NCBI GenBank assembly: GCA_051294375.1
Contig: JBJCIZ010000239.1
Location: forward strand, 1,382,581 to 1,446,580
Direction: 5' to 3'
From: Paraspadella gotoi
Lineage: Eukaryota; Animalia; Chaetognatha
Length of the DNA: 64,000 nt
The notes under the pieces are model-generated. The model did not search any database and was not told where the DNA came from. It saw only the letters and a program-made list of their open reading frames with translations. Shown piece after piece: positions 1 to 13,647 of the stretch. Numbering within the stretch: position 1 is the stretch's first letter; each line of letters begins with the position of its first letter. A program made the position numbers and the translations under genes.

Positions 1-436
1 AAAGTCAGGTTAACAACAGCTCCAGCTATTGACTAAACCACACCATGTTCACGATCACCATCATCCTATCCATCATCATCATCATCATCATCATCATGAT
101 CGTCACAATCTCTCGACTTTTGCCATCCAATACTTGTTTGTCAACGATCTCGAGGTTAACGCAAATCTATAAATCTTCTAGTTTTTTTAATATCGCCTCT
201 TTTAATGACAGTTTTGTTGTAATCAGACGTAGAGAGAGAGAGAGAGATGAGAGAGAGGAGAGAGAGCAGAGAGAGAGAGCAGAGAAAGAGAGAGACAGAT
301 CAGACAGACAGGGACATGACAGACAGACAGATAGAGAAGAGAGGAGAAAAGAATAACTGTTCAAACGACGGAATCAACCCTCCCTTTGGTTTTTTTCAGG
401 TTATTTAATGTGAAATTACTTGTTTAAATCGAGGAG

Positions 437-1846
437 GAAGACTGTTAGAAAATAGTAATGCAAACATTAATAAATGGGTTTGGCTATACGTTCGGCAGGT
501 GCCGACAGGCGCCGTTTCCTCCAAGCCGTGTCGTGATTGAATATGGGCTTTCGAAAGACAGAAGAATGGCAAGCAATAAAAGAAGAAGGAATTGGCATTT
601 CCTTAGAGAGGAGAGAGGAGAGAGGGAGAGAGGAGAGAGAGAGAGAGCACCGCAGCACGCCAGACGAGAGAGGAGAGAGAGAGATAGACGAAGAGGCAGA
701 GAGGGGCAGAGAGTAGAGTAGAGAGGAGAGAGAGGAGAGAGAGGACGAGAGATGAGAGTGACGGCGTCTGCCTTGAAATTTGGGTCGCTTATCCCTTTCA
801 ATCAGGCTAGTTTTTGTATTGCCGTGCAGGAAAGAGGGAGAAGGTAAGTCAGATTCGCCGTTCAAGCGAATGGTAAAGCCATGTTATAACAAGCAACAAC
901 ACAATGCAATTGACGAAGTCACGAATGTTGTTGTTTAGTTAGTGTTGTTGATGAGGTGTTGTCGATTGTGCCAACAGATATACAATTATTAGTTACTAAC
1001 AAGAATTTAAGCAACCAACCAATCGCCGAGTAGAACATGGTAAAGTATAAAAAAGTTTTTGTAAAGAAGTCCATCAATATGATTACGAGAGAGTAAATAA
1101 GCGATGTAAAGGGTCCACGAATAACCGTATATCGAGGGAGAACAATGCAAAAAACATGATGTTACTGAGAGACAGTGCGTATGTATAACGAGAACATAGA
1201 CTATCGTTGAGACGGCAGAACAAGCAAGAACAGCGAAATAGAAATAACATAAGAGCATAATTTACCAGGAAGAACAATTACCGGGATGCGTTCGTGCGAA
1301 CGTCAATGGCCTGAACACTGGGCGCGCTCTTCCATTTGACAAGGCAAATTTGACGCAGAATATATGACGATGAAGAACGACCTAATGACGACGGATGATG
1401 GCAAGCTGAGATGAGCGACGACTGTACGACGGCATAGTATCGACAATTCAATGACGATATGGACGTGTTGGTTGACTGAAAACAAAAGTCGAGAATGGGA
1501 GCAATGACGACGACCATACGGACGACATGGAATGGACGACGATTAGGCAGATCGATATTGAATGACTAATCCAAAGACGAGTGATGAACGACTAGAGTAG
1601 GATGGACGATGAACGACAAGAATAAATACAAGGGACAACGTTGATCCGAGAAAACAAGATCGACGAATGGATGACATGACGAGTACGCATGAGGCGTCAA
1701 AACATATAATGAAGTGGACGTGGACTCAAGTATGATCGTCAATTGATGGACGACTTTTTGTAGTCTGAGGACGATGGACAATTGACGCAATAACGATAGT
1801 TGATGAGCGGATGAGTGCCGACCGGAAAACGGCGATGAGAGACAAC
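437..1846 (+). other. Noisy direct duplicate of ~1872-3088 (likely assembly artefact)
   Basis: Collinear match with many insertions; ends at a 25-N gap. Confidence 0.85.
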
Positions 1847-2689
1847 NNNNNNNNNNNNNNNNNNNNNNNNNAAAGAAAACTGTTAAAAATAGTAATCAAA
1901 ACAAAAACGGGTTTGGCTTACGTTCGGCAGGTGCCGACAGGCGCCGTTTCCTCAAAGCCGTTTCGTGATTAATCTTCAAAACAAAATGGCAGCAAAAAAA
2001 GAAGGAATGGAATTTCCTTAGAGANNNNNNNNNNNNNNNNNNNNNNNNNNNNNNNNNNNNNNNNNNNNNNNNNNNNNNNNNNNNNNNNNNNNNNNNNNNN
2101 NNNNNNNNNNNNNNNNNNNNNNNNNNNNNNNNNNNNNNNNNNNNNNNNNNNNNNNNNNNNNNNNNNNNNNNNNNNNNNNNNNNNNNNNNNNNNNNNNNNN
2201 NNNNACGCGTCTGCCTTGAAATTTCCTTATCCCCTTTTCAATCCAGTTTTTGATCCTTCAGAAAAAGGAGAGAAGAAGCAGATCGCCTTCAGCGATGGAA
2301 ACCATTTATAACAACAACAACAACAACAATGACAATCACAATGTTGTTGTTAGTTAGTTGTTGATAGTTGTCCATTGTCCAACAATAACAATAATTAGTA
2401 CAACAAGAATAACAACCAACCAACCAAAAACACTAAAATAAAAAAATTTAAAAATCACAAATAATCACGAAAAGTAATAACAATTAAAGCGTCCACGAAA
2501 ACCTAATCGAGGAGAACAATGCAAAAAACATAGTACACAACAAGTCGTAGTACAACAGCAACATAACTACGTAACGCAAACAACAAAAACACAAATAAAA
2601 TAACAAAACAATAATAACCCAAAAACAATAAACCGAGCTTCTGCAACGTCAAGGCTGAACACTGCGCCGCTCTTTCATTTGACAAGCAT

Positions 2690-3380
2690 TTGACACCAAT
2701 AACGACGATGAAAACGACCATGACGACGATGATAACGACGATGACGACGACGACCAATACGACAACAATGACAATGACGTTGTTGACGACAACCAAAACG
2801 ACGATGACAATGACGACGACCAATACGACGACGATGATGACGACGATTACAACGATATTGAAGACAACCAAAACGACGATGACGACTAATACGATGACGA
2901 TGACGACAAATAAAACAAGGACAATGACCAAAACAATGACAATGATGACAACGATGACGATGACCAAAACAATAATGACAGTGACGATGACCAATATGAC
3001 CAATATGACGACTTTTTAGTTGAGGACGATGACAATGACCAAAACAATGACGACGATGATGACGACCAAAACGGCGATGACAACAACAAAGACAACGATG
3101 ACAACGACCAAAACGGCGACGACGACAACAAAGACGATGATGACAATGACCAAAATGTCGACGACGACAACAAAGACGACGATGACAACGACCAAAACGG
3201 CAACGACGACAACAAAGACGTCGATGACAACGACCAAAACGGTGACGACGACAACAAAGACGACAATGACGACGACCAAAACGGCGATGACAACAAAGAC
3301 GACGACCAAAACGGCGACGACGACAACAATGACGACGATGACGACGACCAAAACGGCGACGACGACAACAAAGACGTCGC
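2690..3380. repeat. Degenerate (GAC/GAT/AAC)n repeat with a 42-bp higher-order unit
   Basis: GACCAAAA(C/T) recurs at 3064, 3106, 3148, 3190, 3232, 3274, 3304 and 3346. Confidence 0.9.
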
Positions 3381-3477
3381 CGTTGGAATTTTAGATTTTT
3401 TCTCACTCGTACTTGAATCTGCTCGCGACAAAGGTTTTACTATTTTTAGAAATAGAGGCGACTGACTTTACGGGAAA

Positions 3478-3657
3478 CGAGAAGCCGAAAAAGACCGGAG
3501 AAAAACCGGAAAGGCCGGAGAGGAAGCGAAAGACCGGGGAGGAAGCGAAAGACCGGAGAAAAACCGGAAAGGCCGGAGAGGAAGCGAAAGACCGGGGAGG
3601 AAGCGAAAGACCGGAGAAAAATCGGAAGGGCCGGAGAGGAAGCGAAAGACCGGAGAA
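3478..3657. repeat. Purine-rich minisatellite (GAAGCGAAAGACCGG / GGCCGGAGAG units)
   Basis: About 5 copies of GAAGCGAAAGACCGG interleaved with AAAAACCGGAAAGGCCGGAGAG. Confidence 0.85.
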
Positions 3658-4679
3658 TATCAAAACTTTTTTTAAGAAGAGAAAAGATTATTTATGAATT
3701 TTAAATTTTTTTTTGGTCTTTACTGACAATGTCTTTACTGATCATGTTTTTTAAAATTTATTTTAAAACAGCGCTATATTTTCGTTTTTGTGTTTTTGAG
3801 CGAGGCAGAAGTCTACAAATTTCATATTTTTTATACCATAAAATAAATATTATTTTTTTACATTTCTTTATAACCTGGCGACTAAATCCCCAAAAACTAC
3901 ATCATTGAACCCATAATTTGTCATAATGACAGAATGAAAAACTTAATAGATGTTTATGTCAGTGATTTTTTTTTCTTCAAATGAGCAGCTATTATTGCTT
4001 TCTTTTTCCTCGAATGAGCCGCTATTATTGCTTTCTTGCCCAACAAAAGAACGGAGCTATCTCGTTTATTCGCGAGAAAATTTTCTTTTTTTTTTTTTGC
4101 CTTTCCGAATGGAAAGAGATTTGAACGGTTCTAAACTATAACAGATCTTATTCACAGTGATTTTTTTTTATTAATAACAAAAACGATATTAAAATAATGA
4201 TTTTTTTTTAATGACTAAACGTGACTAAAAATGGTCGGGACAACCAGCATATAAAATTAAGTAATAGAAAATATTCACAGAGATTTTTTTTTTTTTTTAT
4301 TAATACCAAAAACAGTATAGACAAAGACAAAAACAGTATCAGTATCAGAGATATTTTGATCGAATTTACCGAATCGCTGATTAATAAAGTAAAATTAAAT
4401 TTCCTGACATCCCGATCTCTACGTCTCGCCTTCAACTTTCAGTGACGACAAAAACAAATAGAAATTTCTTCCTTGACGTTTTTGTCGTTTTTTTGTCTAG
4501 ACAAATCGAGGCAGAATTTGTTTTTCTATAAAGAAACTCATTCTTGAAAGTTAGAAATTAGAAAATTCCGAAAACTGCTATATGCAAATGAGAATTTTGA
4601 TTTAAGTTTTTATACGATCGGACATGGAAAGGAGAGGAATTGAACCAGGAAATGGATGAAGGAGAAAGGGAAAGGGAAC

Positions 4680-4719
<40 letters not shown>

Positions 4720-4739
4720 AAGAGAGAGAGAGAGAGAGG

Positions 4740-7700
4740 AGACGAGGGAGAGACGAGAGGAGGAACGGAAGGAGACCGGAGAGACCGGAAATCCGAATAG
4801 TTTTATAGATGTTTCTGCCTTTTCTTTTCTTTTCTATTTTTTTTTTTATTTGTTTATCCCTTTTTTTTTTTTTTTATATTTTTTCTTATTTTCTATTTCC
4901 CACCATTTTACTATCCTCTTTTCTCCTTCTCTTCTGCCCTTTCTCCATCTTTATTTCATTTCCCTCGTTCCCTCATCTTTTTTTTACTTACAGTCCTTTG
5001 CACCCTTCCTCTTTCCTCCTCCTCCTTTTTCCTTCTTCTCCTTCATTTCCTTTCCTCTTCCTCCTCATCTCCTTCATTCCCCTTTCCTTCTATCCTCCTT
5101 TTCCTCTTTCACCGCTTCATTTCCTTTTCCCTTCTTTCCTTCTCCATCATTCCCTTTCCTTCTTCCTCTCCTTATTCCCTCTTCTCCTTCTCCTTCCATT
5201 CCTTTTCCTTCTTCCCTCCCTTTTCCTTTTCTCTTTCTCCTTCTCCTTCATTTCCTTTTCCCTTCTTCCTCCTTTCCTCTTCTCCTTCATTCCCTTTCCT
5301 TTCTTCTCCTTTTTCCCCCTTTTCTCCTTCTCCTTCATTTCCTTTCCCTTCCCTTACGCTCCTTTTCCTCTTCTTTCCCTTCATTCCCTTGTCCCTTCCT
5401 TCCTCCCTTTTTCCCTCGTTCTTCCGTTCTTCCTGGCGACGCTGTCGATTCGGGCGGTACGTCCGATTCTCCGGAAGGAGCGACCAGTTAAATTGAAGGA
5501 GTATGAACCGATTACTATCCTACGGAGGAAGGAGTGAGCTGATGATAGCAAAGACATAAGCCGAAATTAAGTTGTCAGGTAAGTAAGTGAATAAATTGAA
5601 GTTCCACGAAAGGAGAACGAACGTACAAGGAATTGGAAGCTCAAGTGAAGTGCGTGAATTGTAAGTGCCACGTACGCAAGGAAAACGGAGGAAACAGGAA
5701 AGGAAATGTACTCACGAAGAGAAACATGTCAAGATGAAGTCAGACCCGAACAAAGGAGGAAGAAGGGTATATAGGGAATGATTGGAGCCTAGAGAAAGGT
5801 CTTTCCTCCTGTTATGGATCAAGAAGTGACAATGGTTAACATTGACAGGCAGAATGTGCATCGAAGGCGAAAAGGAGGAAGAAGGAGAGGCGGATGAGTA
5901 GCACATGGTAGTACAATTAGGAAATAGCGAGGAAGCATTAGGGAAGGGAATGATGGAGTAGGAGGAAGAAGGAAAGGAAATTGAACGGATGACCAACTTC
6001 AGGTAAAAGTGAGGCCATCCTAGAAGGCACATGGGAGACTGAGGAAGAAGATGATTACGACGCACCGGATTGTCCAACCTCCACAGACCTGGGCAAGGAC
6101 GAAATAGGGTAAGAACGAACAACAACAAACAAGCAACAACAACGAAGAAGAACCGCAAACGTTGAAACAAACAAAGGTAATCATTATAAACAAGAAAAAA
6201 GAAAGTAAAAGCGACGCTGTTTGGTGGAAGAGATGGATTTTCTTGGGTATCCCTGTTGTCCCGAACAAATCATGGTAATTCTATTGTTACTCACTGAACC
6301 ACAACGATCCTACACTCTCAGTATCAGCATAATCGGAAACATCACGCGATCCTGGAATAACACTTCTTGCTAGATAGATTTGTCGACCGGCGAGGTCTCC
6401 ATGGCCTGGGTATCCAACAAAAAAAATACGAAATATCCTTTCCTCTTCTCTTTTTTCTTTTTCTTCGGATTTTCCCTTTCACAATTCTCTCTTCTTCTCT
6501 CTCTTTCATCTTCTCTCGTTCGTTTTCTTTTTCTTTTTGGCTGGTAGAAAAACTTTCATTCTTCTTTTCCTGATTCCGTTCGTCATCATCTGTCCTCTCT
6601 CTCTCAGTTCTCCGTTCCCCTATTCTTCTTCCCTCTCACACATACCCCTGATTCAATTCCTCTCCTTTCCATTGTCCGAATTTCGTAACTTCGAAAATCA
6701 AATCACACTATATATTCTTCCATCACTTATTACTTAGCATTTTCCTCTCTCTCTCTCTGGAATTCTTCTTAATTTTTTTAATTTCAAGCATATTTCAGCT
6801 TCTCTTTTTCCACTGTAACAATCAAATTCTGCTTCGTACCTCGCGAGTTTTCCTTACGACTCAACCTCAAACTCACTGACAACAAACACTGCTCATAGCG
6901 CTACAGAAATTTTCTACTTGTTCTCTCCTCTCTCTGTTCCTTTCTCCTTCCTCCTTCTAAATTCCCTGCTCCTTTTGCTCCTCTTTTTTCACGTTCTCTT
7001 GCGCGCTTCTTTGTTCCCTATTCCCTCCTTCCTCCTCCCTTTCCTCCTCCTTTTATCAGCTTCCTCTTTCGCTCTTTATTCCTATTTCCCTTCTTTTAGT
7101 CCCTTATTCCTTTCTTCTTCCTTTTTTCCACTTCCTCTTCCTCGGTCCCTCCCTATTCCTATATTTCCTTCTTCCATCCGTCCTCTTCCTTCGTTCCTTT
7201 TTTCTACCTTTCTCTCGTTGGCCTCCTACTTTCTCCCTAGTTCCGCTTGCCTCTCTCCTCTTCTTCTACATCTTCCTCACTCCTCATACTTTTTTTGTTT
7301 TGGTGCTTTCGTCGGCCACTTTTCCAGACTGTCTCTTTCATTTTCCTGGTGGATTTCATATATGACCATTTTATCGTCTTCTTTGTCCTTTCCGCTCTAT
7401 ACCAACACTATAACTTTCAATTGCGCCCGTCTTTTTAACACACACCAATTTTAAAAACACATGTACCTATGCAAGACTTTCGTCTCCAGACCATCACTCA
7501 TAATAAAATATTAAGATCCTCAATAATATATTTTTTCTCTTGTTTAAAAATAAGTTTTCTGCTTTCTCTTCGCACTTTCCCTCGTCCCTCCTCGGTATTA
7601 CTCTGCATTTTTCTTCCTGCCTGTCTCTTACTTCTCTGGTCTTTGGCTTTCCCCGGTCCTGGTTACTCGAGGTTCTTTCTTTCGCTCCCTCCCGCGTCTC

Positions 7701-9762
7701 TCTTCGGTCTTCCTCTCTTTAATGCTCCTCTATCTCCGGTCTTTTTGCTTCTGTTCTTATCTCTGCTCTCGTTTACCCACACGTAAAGTAGTGCTCTCTT
7801 TTCTCTACACTACATGTTAATACTCCTTTGTTCGCGTGCATATGCAGATTCTATATGTACGATAGTGATACAATTCACTCTCCTCCTCATAAACACTTCC
7901 TCTCAACGCGATACGCCCCCTCTTCTTGTATGTCGTCGCCGTGCCCGTCATTTTGGTACTGTCCTCGATCAAAAATCAGTAACAGAGATTGTCTCAATGT
8001 CAGTCGAAGGGTCCCTTTTCACGATTTTGGGGTTTCGGCGACATGCGTACTGGGATTGCTTCCTTACGCGTACATGTAAATCGCTCGCGTAACAATGCCC
8101 CGCCAATATGGGAATAAATAGGATGACTATTTCTCGGCACAGGTGTGATCCAAATGGCGCTTCTGAGCAAAAGGTTATCATATTTAGTTTGTCAACATCA
8201 AAACCGAATAGTGGCCGTGTCCTGATCCCGATTATTTCTTCGCCCAGTTCTTTTTCCTCATATGAGAGCGAGGTACCAGTGAAAAGTAGACATCAGTAGG
8301 ACCTTTGATTGGTCGGGTTCGACATTTTGGTTCACCCCTGTCACTGGTTATATATCGTCCTTCGGTGGCTCGGTTCTGCGAATTGTTTGTTTCGTTGATC
8401 ATGGCTGTTGTCTTCGAGATGCTGTCTATTTCTGACCGGCCCGGGTTTTGCTTTGGGTTTTTGGTTTTGGGTGTTGGTTTGGGTTTTGGTGTTTGTGTTT
8501 GGTTCGGGTTTGGGTTTGGGTTTTTGTTGTTGGGTTTAGGTTGGTTTGGTTTTGGTGGGTTAACTTGGCTACATAAGTGTGACTTTTTGGTACACCTTAT
8601 CTGTCCCGAGGTTGGTTTATTTGATGATTCTTTTCATAGTTGGTTTCGGTATTACATTCGGCTGTCCCTTCATATGTCGTAACTAGCACTCTAGTCGGTC
8701 TGCAGATCAGATAGCCTCTCGATTAGTCTTCAAGTCTGTTCTTAGTAGAATTTCATGTTGGAACTAGAATATGGAGAGGTGGCGGCAGTTCGAGGTAATT
8801 CCCCTCTGTAACGTTTTTTGTAACCAGTTTTGGATTACGTTGAACTTCAAGACATTTTTACTTTTTTTTAAATTTCTACTTAATTCCTGGCAGCGGCCCC
8901 TTCATTTTTTTCCGCCTTCGTGTCCCTGGCCATTTTTTTACCAACGGTTTCATTCTATTTGGTTACTGGTGTACAATTCCGCGCCCCGGCGTCCCGAAAA
9001 TGTTCCAGCCCCGGCGCAAAGGTTTGGGGATGGCAACCGGCGTCCAATTTTATCGCAAACGGGGCCCCATCATAACATCTTCGGGAACTGGCCCCGTAAT
9101 TTGTCTTTCGCTTTTCTTTCTTCGCTTCGCAGGCGCAGATACGCGTCCGACTTGGCGCCAATTTCTTTGCCTAATCGGCCGCCCGATTTTGTTCCCGTCC
9201 GCGCGACCCCGGAGAGAGACTTGGGGGGGGAAAAACCGTTCGGCCATCCCCGAAGATTCCGCCGGCTGACATTTTTGCGTATTCGTTGGGGGAAAGTTTG
9301 CGAGCCGGACGGTTTTGGCGCCAGCAAAGCCCCGTGGGGGATGTTTTTGGGCCAAAATGTTTTTTGGATTGAAACCGAAATTGTAATTTGAATTGTTAAA
9401 CCGCGTGAATCCTTCCGCGACTACGCGTCTCTGAGAAATATTGGGCGGCCGAATAAAAAGGGGCCCTGATTAAATCGCACCGCGCGGTAAATTCCCCGCG
9501 GGTCCCGGCACGAATCGGCGGCCCGTTGAATTTTGACGGGCGGGCATAAGATTTTGGGCACCTCGTGCAATCGGGCCCGCCTACAGGAAATCGGCGCCCC
9601 GTGAATTTGATGCGGCCAAAAATTTGCCACGCTTATTCAATCGGAGCGCCTACAGGAATGGCGCCCTCCTGTTAATTCGAACGCCCGGCAATAAAATTTG
9701 GCAACCTCGTCATCGGGCCCGCCTACAGGAATCTGGCCGGCCCCGTGAAAATTTTTGGACGG
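4740..9762 (+). other. Very noisy direct duplicate of ~9788-13140 (likely assembly artefact)
   Basis: Anchors AATCCGAATAG (~4790/9821), GATGGATTTTCTTG (~6232/10928), the (TTTGGG)n tract and the 65-bp minisatellite are collinear. Ends at a 25-N gap. Confidence 0.75.
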
Positions 9763-12700
9763 NNNNNNNNNNNNNNNNNNNNNNNNNAGAGAGAGAGAGA
9801 CGGAGAGACGGAGAGACGGGAATCCGAATAGTTTATGATGTTTGCGAAGTTAAAAGGTTCATCGATCTCTTTCTATCTTTCCATTCTCCTTCTAGGTTCG
9901 CTTTATATTCTCCTTGTTCTCCTTCTTTTTAATCTCTTTTTCTCCTTCTGCTTTCTTTCTTTTCTATTTTTCTTTTTTATTTTGTTTTCCTTTTTTTTTA
10001 TATTTTTTCTTATTTTCTATTTTCCCAAAACCATTTTACTATCTCTTTCCTCTTTCTTCTGCTTTCTCCATCTTTATTTCCATTTTCCCTCGTTCCTCAC
10101 TCTTTTTTTTTATTCGTCTTGCTACCCCTTCCTCTTTCTCTCCTTTTCCTCTTCTCCTTCATTTCCTTTCCTTCTTCCTNNNNNNNNNNNNNNNNNNNNN
10201 NNNNGTTGGCCGCTTCCTCACTCTTTTTTATTCGTCTTGCTACCCCTTCCTCTTTCCTCCTTCCTTTTCCTTCTTCTCCTTCTTCCGTTTCCTTCTTCCT
10301 TCCTCACCGTTTTCATTCCCCTTATTCCTTTCTATCCTCCTTTCCTACTTCACTCTGTTCATTTCCTTTCCTTCATTCTCCTTCTCCATCATTCCCTATT
10401 CCTTTCTTCCTCTCCTATTCCTCTACTTCTCCTTCTCCTTCCATTCCCTTTTCCTTCTTCCTCCCTTTTCCTCTTTCTCTCTCCTTCTCCTTCATTTCCT
10501 TTTCCCTTCTCCTCCTTTTCCTCGTTCTCCTTCATTCCCTTTCCTTTCTTCTCCTTTTTCCCCTTTTCTCCTTCTTCCTTCATTTCCTAATTCGTGTCCT
10601 TACCTCCTTTTTCCTCTTCCTTTCCCTTCATTCCCTTGTCCCTTCTTCCTCCCTTTTTCCTCTTCTCCTTCTCCTTCATTTCCTTTCCTTTCTTCCTCCT
10701 TTTGCGAACATCTTTCTTCCTTCATTTCACTTTCCTTTCTTCCTCCAATACTTTTCCTCTTCTCCTTCATTTCCTTTCCTTCTTCCTCCTAACTGCTTCC
10801 GCCTTCCAACCTCCACAACCTCCATTAACAACAACAACAACAACAACAACAACGAAAAAACCCAAACGTTGACAAACAAGTAATCATTTAGTAAACAAGA
10901 AAAAGAATAAACGACGTTTGGTGGAAAGATGGATTTTCTTGAATCCTTTGTCCCGAACAAAATCATTGGTAATTCTATTGTTATCGACTGAACTACAACG
11001 ACTATTAGTACAATATCGAACATCACCATCTGAAATAACATACGAGACGTCGACACCATGTAAAAAAAAAAAAGAAATAATCTTTCTTTTTTTTCGATTT
11101 TAAATTTTTTCTTTTTTTTTTTGGTGAGAAAAAATATTTTCCGATTCGCGATTTTTCGATTTCCTCAACAGTTTTTCCGATATCCTTTTCCTCTTCTTAT
11201 TCCTCCTCCTTTTTCACTTCCTCTTCCTTCTCCTCTTTCTCCACTTTCTCCTCCTCTTCCTCCTCCTCTTGCTCCTCCTCTTTCTTCTCTCCTCCTTCTC
11301 TTCCTGCTCCTTTTGCTCCTCTTTTTTCACTTCCTCGTTGCTCCCTTCCTATTCCTCTTCTCCTCCTTCCTCCTCCTTTTTCAACTTCCTCTTACCTGCT
11401 TTATTCCTATTTCTCTTAGTCTATTCACTTTCTTCTCCTTTTTTCACTTCCTCTTCCTTTCCTCCTATTCCTTATTTCCTCTTCCCTCCTCTTCTCTTCT
11501 TTTTCACTTCCTCTTCCCCTATTCCTACTCTTCCTCTTCTCTTCTGCTCCTATTTTTCACTTCCTCTTCCTCCTATTCCTCTTTCTCTTCCTTTTTCACT
11601 TCCTCTTCCTCTTCCCCTTCCTCCTCCTCTCGCTCCTATTCCTTTTCCTTTCCTCTTCCTCCTCTCATCTTCCTCCTCCTTCTCTACTTCTTTCTTTCCC
11701 TCCTAATCTTCCTCCTTCCTCCCCTTGTTCTTCTCAATCTCATTCCTTGTTTTACTTGTATAATTTCTTCTCCTCTTCCTCTTCCTCCTTTTTTTCCTCC
11801 TCCTCCTCCTCCTCCACTTCCCCCTCCCCTCCTCATTCCAAAAAAAAAAAATCAAGTTAAAATCTCACGATTTCGAATCGACTGGGATTCTTAGCACAGA
11901 ACCCTACAATCCCGGCAAAAAAAAAACATTTTCCACATTACAAATGCCTACAAATATATATATACAAACATAAACAATATGGCGTCCATGATAATTCTCG
12001 CCCATTTCTTTCCTCAAAACGAGAGGGAAAAGAAAGAGAGTCATTCCGCGTTTCCCGGTCTTTGCGATTTTTACGAGGTTTTCATATTCTTTCTGACGCC
12101 CGGTTTTGCTTGGGTTTGGGTTTGGGTTTGGTTTTGGTTTGGGTTTGGTTTGGGTTCGGGTTTGGGTTTGGGTTTTGTTTTGGGTTTGGGTTTGGTTTGG
12201 TTCAAAGTGTGACTTTTTGGTACACTTATTGTCGAGTTGGTTTATTGAACTCTTTTACATAGTTTTCGTATTACATTGTGTCTCATATGGTCGTAACTCA
12301 CCCTAGTCCGTCCAAAGTCAGAAGCTAGATAGCTTATTTATAAAATTAATAGATAAGTTTCATATTCGTTGTACCAGTTTGATTACGGAACTTCAAGACA
12401 TTTACTTTTTTAATTCTACTTAATCCTGCAGCGGCCTCATTTTTTTCCGCTCGTGTCTGCCATTTTTTTACAACGGTTTCATTCTATTTGTACCGACAAT
12501 TCCGCGCCGGCGTCAAATGTTCCAGCCCCGGCGAAAGTTCGATGGCACCGGCGTCCAATTTATCGCACGGGCCATCAACATCTCGGAACTGGCCGTAATT
12601 TTCTTCGCTTTCTTCTCGCTCGAGCGCAAACGCGTCCGATTGCGCTCAATCTTGCAACGCCGCCCGATTTGTCGTCGCGCGACCGAGAGAGAATTGGGGG

Positions 12701-12884
12701 GAAACCGTCGGCATCGAAGATTCCGCCGGCGAACATTTTCGTATTCGTGGGAAGTTTGCGAGCGACGTTGGCGCCGCAAGCGTGATGTTGGGCAAATGTG
12801 TGGATTGAAACCGAATTGTAATTTGAATTGTAACCGCGTGAAATCTTCGCTCTGAGAATTGGCGCCGAATAAAAAGGGGCTGAT

Positions 12885-13228
12885 TAAATCGGCACCGCGT
12901 AAATTCCGCGTCGGCACGAATCGGCGGCCCGTGAATTTTGACGCCGGCATAAATTTGGCACCTCGTGCATCGGGCGCCTACAGGAATCGGCGCCCCGTGA
13001 ATTTGATGCCGGCCTAAATTTAGCACCTTATGCATCGGGCGCCTACAGGAATAGGCGCCCTGTGAATTCGACGCCGGCATAAATTTGGCACCTCGTGCAT
13101 CGGGCGCCTACAGGAATCGGCGCCCCGTGAATTTTTGACGCCGGCACGAATCGGCGCAGCGCGACTTAGAGCGCCGTAACAAATCGGCGCCGTGTGAATT
13201 TAGCGCCGCAACGAATCGGCGCCGCTTG
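12885..13228. repeat. GC-rich 65-bp minisatellite (3 full units plus partial sub-units)
   Basis: GCACCT(C/T)(G/A)TGCATCGGGCGCCTACAGGAAT starts at 12958, 13023 and 13088. Noisy duplicates at ~9470-9762 and ~18478-18808. Confidence 0.9.
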
Positions 13229-13647
13229 AATTTGGATCTAATTAGCGAAAAACCAACGGGAGAAAAAAATTTACGATTCGTTTCGCGAGAGAAGGGAATT
13301 CTGAGAAGGAGAGGGAGAGGGGGGGGAGAAATGGTTAAGGGGCGAGTGTTTAAGGGGACGGTACTTATGGTTTTTAAGGGGGGGAGTAAGTGGTTGATTA
13401 AGAGTGTCTTGGGTAAGGGCTATCTTTTCTATTATTGCCTAAATTCAGAGTTAAAGTTGTTTTTAATGTTAGAATAAATTTAGAGATTACAAGGGTTAGG
13501 ACTTAAGAATAAGGGTTAAGAATTAGGTTTGGGTTTGGGATAAGTCTTCGGGGTTGGATGGTGCATTCGATAAATAAGATTAGGCTCAGATATTAAAGTT
13601 AAAATACAATTTAAAGATTATGAACGGAATTTGGGCGCTTTTAAAAA

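Noticed and set aside
2503-3431. Overlapping T/M/K-, V/I-, S- and R/C/H-rich ORFs resembling mucins or membrane proteins
   Set aside because: All are alternative frames of the same trinucleotide-derived repeat.
4640-11894. Long F/L/S/P-rich ORFs (e.g. 4640-5491, 9835-10883, 11121-11894)
   Set aside because: Translations of stop-poor (CT/CTT)n low-complexity tracts, open in several frames at once, with no domain signal.
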